Shown piece by piece: positions 1 to 7,736 of a stretch of DNA of 64,000 nucleotides. Every line of letters begins with the position of its first letter. The first letter of the stretch is position 1. This stretch comes from Candidatus Saccharimonadales bacterium (GTDB taxonomy: Bacteria; Patescibacteriota; Saccharimonadia; Saccharimonadales; Saccharimonadaceae): the NCBI GenBank assembly GCA_046462475.1, contig JBKGVB010000033.1, positions 7,192 through 71,191 of the forward strand, read 5' to 3'. Position numbers and translations under genes: made by a program. The notes beneath the pieces were generated by a model that worked only from the letters and a program-made list of their open reading frames with translations, was not told the DNA's origin and ran no database searches.

Positions 1-91
1 ATCTCATTTGCACCCACTGGACCCCAAAGATGGTAATGCTTAAAATGTCAACATTATGCTACACTTGATGTAAATAGGGGAGAACACAGCA

Positions 92-2242
92 GTGAATGGG
101 TATAAAAAAAGAGATGGATTTACGCTCGTCGAAATTCTTGTAGTTGCAATAGTAATCGTCGTCCTGGCGACCATATCAGCGTTTGCCTATACAGGCTATC
201 AGGGTCGCTCGCGAGATGGCGCTCGCGATGAGCAGGCGCACATCATCGCCAATAGCCTCGAAAAATACTACGATAAGAATGGTGAATACCCGAGTGTGGC
301 AGCGCTCGTTGGCCAACCAGGATCAATCGTCCAAAATAAACTCAGCCTTCCCAGTGCAAGCGTCTTGGTATTTCCAGGGGCTGCTGCCGGCACTACAAAT
401 TCGTTAACCCAGTCAGAGTCTTCCCAGTCGGAACTTGCTTACAACGGAGACAGCTCCAACCCAGATGAGCAAGATCAATGTGAAAATAGCGTCACCGGTG
501 GGTGTGACTCATTTGACCTTCAATGGACGTCTGAAAATGGCGATACAAAAGAAATCCAGAGTAATCACCAAGATCGCAGTACGCTCGGCGGACAACAAGC
601 GGCGCTTCCTAGTGCTCCTAACGCCCCAAATATTTCAGTAGATTATGTGTCACCGAATGTCGTCGCGACAGTAGATCCTGTTACCTGCGAAGCAGGCTCA
701 ACGCCCGAATACAAGATTCTTGGAGCGACAAACACAGATGGAAGCGACCCAAACTTTTCAGACTGGTCAACCGTCTCATGGCAATCCGGCACAACCGCAA
801 CCATGAGCGCAACACAGGGCACTTACTACTACTTCAAGGCAATTGCTCATTGTGTAAATAGCGCTGGCGCAAGTGACGATTCAGATGAGAGCGATATCGC
901 AAATTACTTCTATGCAGCCACTGGCACCCCTGTAGTAACCGCTACGATTACCGGCACAACCGTATATGTGGCGATCGCTCCCGTCACTTGTCCAGCTGGA
1001 TCCACGGCTAAATACCAGCTATACGAGCGCAAGGATACGATATCGGCTACAGGATCATTTGCCGTCGTCTCCACAATGAACTTCGGCACGACAACGAATT
1101 ATACAGGAACCGCTGGCGCTACCTCGTCTCCAACAAAAAACTGGTATAAAGCCTACACCCGTTGTGATACGAGCACTACGCAGGGTACCGTTAGTCCTGC
1201 AAGCGCACCCGTATCCGTCGTGTCAGCTCCAGCCGCACCGACACTTACTAATACACCCGCTGGCACAAGCGGCTCAGCCGATTCCGTTACCTGGAACTGG
1301 TCACTACCTGCAACCGCATGTCCGGTAGGTACAGTTATTACCTATAACCGCATCTGGACTGGTGATTACACAAATAAAGGAAGTGGCGCCACGGGTACGG
1401 CTACAAGTGTGGCCCTAACGACAAGCAGTCAAGGCTACCAGTACGGTATGCAAGTCCGAGCGTCATGCGGCAATCCTGTCACAAGCCAGGTACTTCAGAG
1501 TGCGTATAGCGCGAATAATACCTACATTCGCAATGTCGACAGTGTGATATGGGTCTTCCATGGTAGTGTCCGCATACGACGCCCGGACCCAAGTGGACAC
1601 CCGAACTCTATCTACGGACAAGGTGAAATCACTTCATCACGAAATGTTGTCTACCAGGGTGGCATTAATGCCGACTCTACGTATTGGAACCAAGATTATC
1701 CTCCAGCAGGCGGTTGCGCTTCGGGACTTACGAGACAGGTACAATGGAACTGGGACGATGCGATTAATGCCGATAATAGTCAATATGCTGGAGTGGTCGG
1801 AGCATGGTCGCCATGGTACAACTGGGCCAATAGCACGTCAATGGTATTTCCATCGGGAAGCAACTTAAGTGATTACAGCTCTAAAGAGACAGACCGTGAT
1901 AATGGTGACTCTTACGAATTCATGACCCAGGCTCGCTGTATAAATGCCAGCACTGGAAGGGCTGGGCCAGTGAAGAAATCGGATAACTTCGGCAACCTGA
2001 ATGTCACCTCAGGCACTGGCGATTTCCACACAAACTGTGACGTTAACGGGGTCGTGCCATACTGCCAAGGCTGGCACACAAATCGAGGCTCAGGTAGCCA
2101 TGGCGATACTTCAAGTCACCGAGGCCGCAACACTCTCGACACCGTCACGGGAGCATGTTATGACCACACAGCAAACACAGACAATGGCGGTAACTGCTGG
2201 ACGCCGGTAAATGGGCCTAATAGCACCCCTTGGGGATGGTAA
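92..2242 (+). CDS. Giant type IV pilin-like protein (716 aa) with prepilin leader, three tandem Cys-pair modules and a W/N/G/C-rich C-terminal domain
   Basis: GTG start 9 nt after AGGGGAG. N-terminus MNGYKKRDG|FTLVEILVV is a class III (prepilin) signal with Glu at +5. Three ~100-aa repeats carry PVTC.AGST..Y ... C motifs. Confidence 0.8.
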   Translation: MNGYKKRDGFTLVEILVVAIVIVVLATISAFAYTGYQGRSRDGARDEQAHIIANSLEKYYDKNGEYPSVAALVGQPGSIVQNKLSLPSASVLVFPGAAAGTTNSLTQSESSQSELAYNGDSSNPDEQDQCENSVTGGCDSFDLQWTSENGDTKEIQSNHQDRSTLGGQQAALPSAPNAPNISVDYVSPNVVATVDPVTCEAGSTPEYKILGATNTDGSDPNFSDWSTVSWQSGTTATMSATQGTYYYFKAIAHCVNSAGASDDSDESDIANYFYAATGTPVVTATITGTTVYVAIAPVTCPAGSTAKYQLYERKDTISATGSFAVVSTMNFGTTTNYTGTAGATSSPTKNWYKAYTRCDTSTTQGTVSPASAPVSVVSAPAAPTLTNTPAGTSGSADSVTWNWSLPATACPVGTVITYNRIWTGDYTNKGSGATGTATSVALTTSSQGYQYGMQVRASCGNPVTSQVLQSAYSANNTYIRNVDSVIWVFHGSVRIRRPDPSGHPNSIYGQGEITSSRNVVYQGGINADSTYWNQDYPPAGGCASGLTRQVQWNWDDAINADNSQYAGVVGAWSPWYNWANSTSMVFPSGSNLSDYSSKETDRDNGDSYEFMTQARCINASTGRAGPVKKSDNFGNLNVTSGTGDFHTNCDVNGVVPYCQGWHTNRGSGSHGDTSSHRGRNTLDTVTGACYDHTANTDNGGNCWTPVNGPNSTPWGW

Positions 2243-2261
2243 GGAATAGAGTAATAGATAT

Positions 2262-2651
2262 ATGGAACCAGAAATCAAATTTGAACAACATAACACAAAA
2301 CGCATATGGATTATTTATGCGGCAGCGTTGGTACTTGTCGTAGCAGCTGGCAGCTACTTCATTCTCCGTTCGATTCCTCGGGTGAAGCAAGAACCTGCAA
2401 AGCCACAGACGACTCAACAAGAGGCCGATAGCTCCAAGCAGGCTGGCGTAAAAGCCGAAGCAAACGGAGATAGCACAAAGGCCCTCCAAGAGTATCAAGC
2501 TGCTTACGACGCCTACAAACGTGCGGGTAACAAGAGTGCTGCCGAAGACATGAGCTATAAGATTGAATTCATGAAGCAGGCGATCAAAGCAGATAAAGAA
2601 GCTACCGCCGAAGCCATCAAAAATGGCGATGCGCCTTCAAAAGATAATTAG
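2262..2651 (+). CDS. Small single-pass membrane-anchored Lys/Ala/Glu-rich protein
   Basis: ATG ORF directly after the pilin gene. One hydrophobic helix (IWIIYAAALVLVVAAGSYFIL) followed by a charged tail. Confidence 0.55.
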   Translation: MEPEIKFEQHNTKRIWIIYAAALVLVVAAGSYFILRSIPRVKQEPAKPQTTQQEADSSKQAGVKAEANGDSTKALQEYQAAYDAYKRAGNKSAAEDMSYKIEFMKQAIKADKEATAEAIKNGDAPSKDN

Positions 2652-2665
2652 TAGGCCTTAGCTAT

Positions 2666-3163
2666 TTAGATCGTCTTGATTCGTCGATAGGCAAATTTTG
2701 CCGCTGGTCGCCAACCCGTCGATGCATCCGTATCAAACTGGCGAATCTCGCCGTTTGTCACCTCCATTACCTGTACTAACGCAGGATTATACGGAGCCAG
2801 CGTACGGTAGTAGACGAGATCGCCTTCACTCGGATTCGTACGGCCCGGGAATACTGCGCGGAATTTCTCTGTACCTATCTCGTCAAAGTAATTTGGACGG
2901 CCTTTTGGCGGCAGATAGAGTTCGGCCACAAGACCCATACGACTAACGATTTTCTTTACGTCTGCGAGCAACAATTTCGTTTCGCCTTGAATATAAACAA
3001 ACAGCTGTTTCTTGCTAGTCAGAAACACAGTCGCCGTAGAGGTACGATTTACTGGAATATTGCGGACAACGACATGAGTAATATCGACTTGCATGCCAAA
3101 TTTATCTTTGGCAATTTGCTCAAGCGCCATATCGTCATACATTTCGCTGTTCATAACTGACAC
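2666..3163 (-). CDS. Hypothetical protein (165 aa)
   Basis: Clean ORF that fills the gap between flanking genes. No motif recognised. Confidence 0.55.
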   Translation of the reverse strand: MSVMNSEMYDDMALEQIAKDKFGMQVDITHVVVRNIPVNRTSTATVFLTSKKQLFVYIQGETKLLLADVKKIVSRMGLVAELYLPPKGRPNYFDEIGTEKFRAVFPGRTNPSEGDLVYYRTLAPYNPALVQVMEVTNGEIRQFDTDASTGWRPAAKFAYRRIKTI

Positions 3164-3216
3164 TAGTATACCACTTTACATATTGGGCATTTTGGCAAAT
3201 GTTAAGGGCATTATTT

Positions 3217-3225
3217 TGATACAAT
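3217..3225 (+). promoter_or_regulatory. Extended -10 box TGATACAAT, 6 nt upstream of the helicase ATG
   Basis: TGnTAnAAT match. The identical 9-mer recurs at 21219 and 40307 just before other start codons. Confidence 0.45.
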
Positions 3226-3231
3226 AAAGGA

Positions 3232-6200
3232 ATGGACTTTACGAAGCGTTTTAAGACGCTCAACGATCGGCAAAAAGAGGCGGTAACTGCGATTGATGGA
3301 CCAGTCATGGTTATCGCTGGGCCTGGTACAGGCAAGACCGAACTCCTCAGTATGCGTGCCGCCAATATTCTTCGAGAAACTGACACACTACCAAATAACC
3401 TATTATGTCTGACGTTTACTGAAAGCGGCGCGGCTGCCATGCGGGAGCGACTCGTAAGCATCATCGGCCAAGATGCCTATAAAGTAGCTATTCACACCTT
3501 CCACAGCTTTGGCAGCGATGTCATCGCTCGGTATGGTGAATATTTTTACCAAGGCGCCGATGTGCGTCCGGCCGACGAGATTAGTACGTATGAAATTCTC
3601 CGCGGCATTTTTGAAGAACTGCCACACTCCAGCCCGCTCGCAGGTCAATTTGGTGGTGACTTTACCTATCTCAGCGACACCGCAAAGACAATTTCCGAAT
3701 TAAAAAAGAGCGGACTAACCAGCGACGAGCTACTCGTTGTACTCGATGACAACGAGCGAGTACTCGATACCGCCGAGCCCGTCCTGACTGAGTTATTTGC
3801 AAACCGCATTAGCAAATCGATGCTCCCTCGGCTGTCGGCCATCGCCACCACCATTGCCGAGCTGGAACCTCGCTCACTTCCTTCTAGTATCACACCGCTT
3901 GCAAGCACACTCGCACTCAGCATCGCCCACGCTGTCGATGCGGCAATTGATCTTGAGTCAACCAAGCCTATCACCGCATGGCGCAATAAGTGGCTGGAAA
4001 AGAATGCCAAGGATGAATTTGTCTTCAAGGACCGCAAGCGCCAGGCTCGCCTCCGTGCTGTGAGTAATGTGTATTTCCAGTACCTGAGCCGTATGCAGGA
4101 GCGCCATCTTTATGACTTTGACGACATGGTCTTACGAGTACTGCACGCGACCGAAGTCTTTGACGATCTTCGTTATAGCCTCCAAGAGCAGTACCTCTAC
4201 ATCATGGTTGACGAGTTTCAAGACACAAACCTTGCACAGATGCGCCTGCTGAGCGCCCTCACCAGCAACCCTACAAATGAAGGTGCTCCGAACCTGATGG
4301 TTGTCGGCGATGACGACCAGGCGATTTACAGTTTTCAAGGTGCCGAGATCAGTAATATTCTCGATTTTTCAAGCCGTTACGAGTCAGTCAAGCGCATTAC
4401 GCTCGTCGACAACTATCGCTCAACCCCAGAAGTTCTCACGGCGGCCAGGGAAGTGATTACCCAAGGAAGCGAACGGCTCGAAAGCTATCTTACAGATCTC
4501 GACAAAACGCTCACAGCACATCTCCCGTCCGGCACTGCTGTACGCCTCATAGAAACTGCAACGCCAGACAGTGAACGAGCGTGGCTTGCAAGGCATATCA
4601 AAGAAATGATCAAAAGCGGAACATCTGCACAAGATATCGCCGTCCTCACGAGGCGTCATAACGAACTCGAGGCGCTACTGCCATACTTTACCGCTGAAGA
4701 GGTAACGGTTCAATACGAACGTCGCGATAATATTCTCGAGAACGAACTAATTATCCAGCTTTCTCTCCTGAGTCGCATCATCCATAGCCTTGCAGTTGGT
4801 CAGCATGAGGACGCAAACACTCTACTCCCAGAACTGCTCGCCCATCCAGCTTGGAACTTTTCTTCCGAAACACTATGGAAACTAAGCCTGAAAGCACACC
4901 ATGACCGCGCCTACTGGATGGAAGCGATGAGCGAAATGACCGAATTTCTGCCACTACGCACATGGCTACTCGACATGGCGCAGCAAAGTCTCGTATCGCC
5001 ACTCGAAGTCATGCTTGATCAGCTTGTCGGAAGCTCTGAGACAGACGGTACAGATGCATTTATCTCGCCATATCATGGCTACTTCTTCACTCGCGAAAAG
5101 CGCGACACAGCCTCATCATCGTATCTCGAATTCCTCGAAGCACTGAGAACCTTGCGTCATGAGCTTCGTACGTATAAAAATGGCAATGATATTAAGTTGG
5201 CTGATTTTCTTGACTTCCTCACCGTACACCAGCAGCTTGGCTCTACGATTTCAAGCGTCCGCGTATCAGGATCAGACAACGAGGTAGCCATCCATCTTAT
5301 GACGGCCCACAAATCAAAGGGATTGGAATTCGACCACATCTTTATCGTTGGTGCAGTCGATAGCAAGTGGGGCCGACAAGTCCGTAGTCGTTCACGGCTT
5401 ATTAGCTACCCTGAAAATCTACCACTTATGCCAGCAGGGGACACTTACGATGAGCGCCTGCGTCTTTTCTTCGTTGCGATGACTCGTGCGAAAAAGAGCC
5501 TCACCATTACTCACGCTAGCGCCGATGAATCTGGCTCCGCCTTGAGTCTGCCTGAGTTTTTGGTCGGCAACTCATGGACGGTAGAGACAGTCGAGGAAAG
5601 CTCGGTCGAGCAACAAGTACGCGATGCTAAAATCGCCTGGTACCAGCCTCTTATTACTCCGCTCGAACCGTCCATGAAGCAATTACTCACCTCAACCCTG
5701 GAGCGATACAAACTCAGCGCAACACATCTTTGCAACTTCCTCGACATTACTCATGGCGGACCTGAGCACTTTCTGCTTAGCAACTTACTGCGTTTCCCGG
5801 AAGCAATGAGTCCAGACGCAGTCTATGGATCGGCTATCCACGCCTGCCTGCAACAAGCACACGCGCACCTGATTACGACAGAGCACCAGCGACCAATCGA
5901 AGACAGTCTGCAAGATTTTGAGCATTTTTTGGCGCGCGGCTCACTCGATAAAGATACATTTTCACGTTACCTCGAGCGTGGCAGCAATGCTCTGACGACC
6001 TTCCTGGGTGCAAAAGGGGACAGCTTCACTACCACTCAAAGACCTGAGCTTGGATTCGCTGGACAACAATCGTATATAGATGACACTCATCTTACCGGCA
6101 CGCTTGATCTTGTCGATATCGACCACGAAGCCAAGACCATCATCGTTACCGACTATAAGACAGGGCGTCCGTCTCATTCGTGGAAGGGGAGAAGCGACGG

Positions 6201-6507
6201 CGAAAAGCTTAAACTTCACAAGTACCGCCACCAGTTGCTGTTTTATAAAGTTCTCGTCGAGAATTCACGCGACTGGTCGGCCTATACCGTAACTCACGGT
6301 CGTCTGCAATTTGTCGAGCCGGACGAGCAAGGTGACATCGTAGCACTGGAACTTGAATTTGACTCCGAAGAGGTCGCTTCAATAAAGCGCCTTATTCGTA
6401 CTGTCTGGAAGCATATCATAGCGCTCGATCTACCCGATGTCTCATCCTATAGCCCAACCTACCGCGGCGTACTCGACTTTGAGCGTGCACTCCTTGACGA
6501 AGAATAG
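3232..6507 (+). CDS. UvrD/PcrA-family superfamily-1 helicase fused to a C-terminal PD-(D/E)XK (RecB/Cas4-like) nuclease domain
   Basis: Helicase motifs: Walker A AGPGTGKT, DEFQDT, VGDDDQAIYSFQGA, TAHKSKGLEFDHIFIVG, VAMTRAK. C-terminal nuclease motifs: GTLDLVDID...VTDYKTG and YRHQLLFYK. Confidence 0.85.
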   Translation: MDFTKRFKTLNDRQKEAVTAIDGPVMVIAGPGTGKTELLSMRAANILRETDTLPNNLLCLTFTESGAAAMRERLVSIIGQDAYKVAIHTFHSFGSDVIARYGEYFYQGADVRPADEISTYEILRGIFEELPHSSPLAGQFGGDFTYLSDTAKTISELKKSGLTSDELLVVLDDNERVLDTAEPVLTELFANRISKSMLPRLSAIATTIAELEPRSLPSSITPLASTLALSIAHAVDAAIDLESTKPITAWRNKWLEKNAKDEFVFKDRKRQARLRAVSNVYFQYLSRMQERHLYDFDDMVLRVLHATEVFDDLRYSLQEQYLYIMVDEFQDTNLAQMRLLSALTSNPTNEGAPNLMVVGDDDQAIYSFQGAEISNILDFSSRYESVKRITLVDNYRSTPEVLTAAREVITQGSERLESYLTDLDKTLTAHLPSGTAVRLIETATPDSERAWLARHIKEMIKSGTSAQDIAVLTRRHNELEALLPYFTAEEVTVQYERRDNILENELIIQLSLLSRIIHSLAVGQHEDANTLLPELLAHPAWNFSSETLWKLSLKAHHDRAYWMEAMSEMTEFLPLRTWLLDMAQQSLVSPLEVMLDQLVGSSETDGTDAFISPYHGYFFTREKRDTASSSYLEFLEALRTLRHELRTYKNGNDIKLADFLDFLTVHQQLGSTISSVRVSGSDNEVAIHLMTAHKSKGLEFDHIFIVGAVDSKWGRQVRSRSRLISYPENLPLMPAGDTYDERLRLFFVAMTRAKKSLTITHASADESGSALSLPEFLVGNSWTVETVEESSVEQQVRDAKIAWYQPLITPLEPSMKQLLTSTLERYKLSATHLCNFLDITHGGPEHFLLSNLLRFPEAMSPDAVYGSAIHACLQQAHAHLITTEHQRPIEDSLQDFEHFLARGSLDKDTFSRYLERGSNALTTFLGAKGDSFTTTQRPELGFAGQQSYIDDTHLTGTLDLVDIDHEAKTIIVTDYKTGRPSHSWKGRSDGEKLKLHKYRHQLLFYKVLVENSRDWSAYTVTHGRLQFVEPDEQGDIVALELEFDSEEVASIKRLIRTVWKHIIALDLPDVSSYSPTYRGVLDFERALLDEE

Positions 6508-6522
6508 TAAATACCGTATAAT
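6494..6522 (+). promoter_or_regulatory. Sigma-70-type promoter TTGACG-17 nt-TATAAT reading into the non-coding region
   Basis: -35 at 6494-6499 and -10 at 6517-6522 with a 17-nt spacer. It overlaps the helicase stop codon (6505-6507). Confidence 0.55.
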
Positions 6523-6753
6523 CAAGTGTTAGCTAGTTGAGTGTGCGACTGCGGGAACAAGAGGACGTCTTTTTCGTGTCTCCACAGTCGCACCACTCCT
6601 AGTTCATTAAAAGACAGGAATAGTGCATATAGTCATCCGCAAGTCTCTGACTTTGCGGGTGGGGCATACCCATCCTACGGTGACGGCTCACGCAGCCGGC
6701 TGTTTTAGCGGCCCAGTAACCGGTCACCTACAATGGATGAGTCCCTGCCCAAA

Positions 6754-6863
6754 CGAGATGTAGCTCAGTCTGGAAGAGCACGCGATAGTTTCTCTCCCCG
6801 GTTAACCGAGAGAGAAGCTTCCTATATCGCGAGGCCGTGGGTTCAAATCCCATCATCTCGACC
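6754..6863 (+). tRNA. tRNA-like gene with a 34-nt hairpin insertion in the anticodon loop; anticodon not assignable
   Basis: - Acceptor stem: CGAGATG/CATCTCG.
- D arm: GCTC-AGTCTGGAA-GAGC.
- Anticodon stem: CGCGA (6781-6785) / TCGCG (6827-6831), enclosing 41 nt instead of 7.
- Variable loop: AGGCC.
- T arm: GTGGG-TTCAAAT-CCCAT.
- Discriminator A followed by CC. Confidence 0.6.
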
Positions 6864-7141
6864 GGAAACAAGTAACGGCACGTACCCGAGAAGCGGGCCC
6901 GACTCTTTGTCCCAGAGTCACTTGTTTCCAGGCCCAGTCGTGTGCAACTCTCGACCCCGCACCTCGAGAACACGACTGGGCCACCCCAGCCCGACGAGCA
7001 GAAGGTAGCCCCGGAGGGAGCCTCTTGCTCGTCATCAGCGAGACAAATTCTTTCGTCGCCGGGGAAGGCGATGGCAACAGGGGAATTTGTCTCGCCTAGG
7101 GTGCCGGCGCCGGGGATTCGACCCCTTCGGCGCCGGCACCC
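6864..7141 (+). other. Array of five abutting long perfect hairpins, starting immediately after the tRNA-like 3' end
   Basis: Outer stems, each with a nested inner stem:
- 6864-6873 / 6920-6929 (10 bp)
- 6931-6943 / 6970-6982 (13 bp)
- 6993-7000 / 7026-7033 (8 bp)
- 7038-7050 / 7083-7095 (13 bp)
- 7100-7111 / 7129-7140 (12 bp). Confidence 0.7.
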
Positions 7142-7189
7142 GCTTCTACTTCACACACGCCGACAACCTCGAGAGGGGGTGGAAGCAAT

Positions 7190-7354
7190 ATGGCAAGCAA
7201 GGAAGAAGTTCGTGCTTGGGCTCGCAAGTCTGCAAACGGAGAGAAGCTCGCAGATCACGAGCGAGCTGCAGTCAACCGGACCACTTCACAGGCCGGCAGC
7301 GAGGGCAAGAAGGTCACTCGTCTCCTGGGCGGAAGCAAGGAGAAGGACGACTGA
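7190..7354 (+). CDS. Possible 54-aa hydrophilic protein (MASKEEVRAWARKSANGEKLADHERAAV...)
   Basis: ATG preceded by GAGAGGGGGTGGA 7 nt upstream. GC-rich codons. Too short to appear in the ORF track. It may instead be part of the structured RNA. Confidence 0.35.
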   Translation: MASKEEVRAWARKSANGEKLADHERAAVNRTTSQAGSEGKKVTRLLGGSKEKDD

Positions 7355-7426
7355 CTTAGTCCACGAGACGCCTCCTCGGAGGATCAACGGGCTCATATGT
7401 ATCGTTGATGACGCACTATTCCTGTC

Positions 7427-7481
7427 CGTCTCACCAGACTCATGAATATGTTTCGTGACTCTAGTGAGGCGTTTTTATTTT
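7427..7481 (+). terminator. Rho-independent terminator candidate
   Basis: CGTCTCAC (7427-7434) pairs with GTGAGGCG (7464-7471), including one G-U pair. TTTTTATTTT follows. Confidence 0.5.
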
Positions 7482-7538
7482 GCCTAAAATATGCTATTAT
7501 AAAGACTCGATACAATCTAAAAGCAAAAGGAACGTGCC

Positions 7539-7727
7539 ATGACAGCAGAGTCACTTTCACCAATTCATGATGAATCAGAAGTAATAAAACTTCACGCTGT
7601 CGAGACAAACAAGGAGCTAGCAGCTCGAGCGGTACCGAAAGTCATCGAGTGGGGACCGAGTCACCACCGTAGCGACTACGAAACACCCGACACATCTAGC
7701 CCAGAGGGCCTTACCTATAGCGCATAG
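7539..7727 (+). CDS. Small hypothetical protein (62 aa) upstream of dus
   Basis: AGGAA lies 6 nt before the ATG and TACAAT sits at 7511-7516. The stop is 10 nt before the dus start. Confidence 0.5.
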   Translation: MTAESLSPIHDESEVIKLHAVETNKELAARAVPKVIEWGPSHHRSDYETPDTSSPEGLTYSA

Positions 7728-7736
7728 TTACGTCAC

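Noticed and set aside
1-36. A possible 3' end of an upstream gene (...ISFAPTGPQRW*)
   Set aside because: Only 11 codons are visible, which is too little to call a feature. It is mentioned only as a hint of an upstream pilin paralogue.
6786-6826. The tRNA insertion as an archaeal-type bulge-helix-bulge intron
   Set aside because: The fold gives a single 6-nt bulge on the 3' strand directly adjoining the anticodon stem, with no staggered 3-nt bulges separated by 4 bp. No splice register restores a canonical U33/purine-37 loop.
7099-7141. A T-arm-like GGGGTCGAATCCCC on the minus strand inside hairpin 5, as a second tRNA or tRNA fragment
   Set aside because: The loop is 6 nt rather than 7. There is no D arm, anticodon arm or acceptor partner. 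It is simply the tip of a 12-bp palindrome.
6728-7445. Five track ORFs (74-167 aa) on both strands in the helicase-dus gap
   Set aside because: They overlap one another in different frames and strands, are Arg/Ser/Pro/Gly-rich as expected from ~65% GC non-coding sequence, run across a tRNA-like gene and perfect hairpins, and lack SD sequences.
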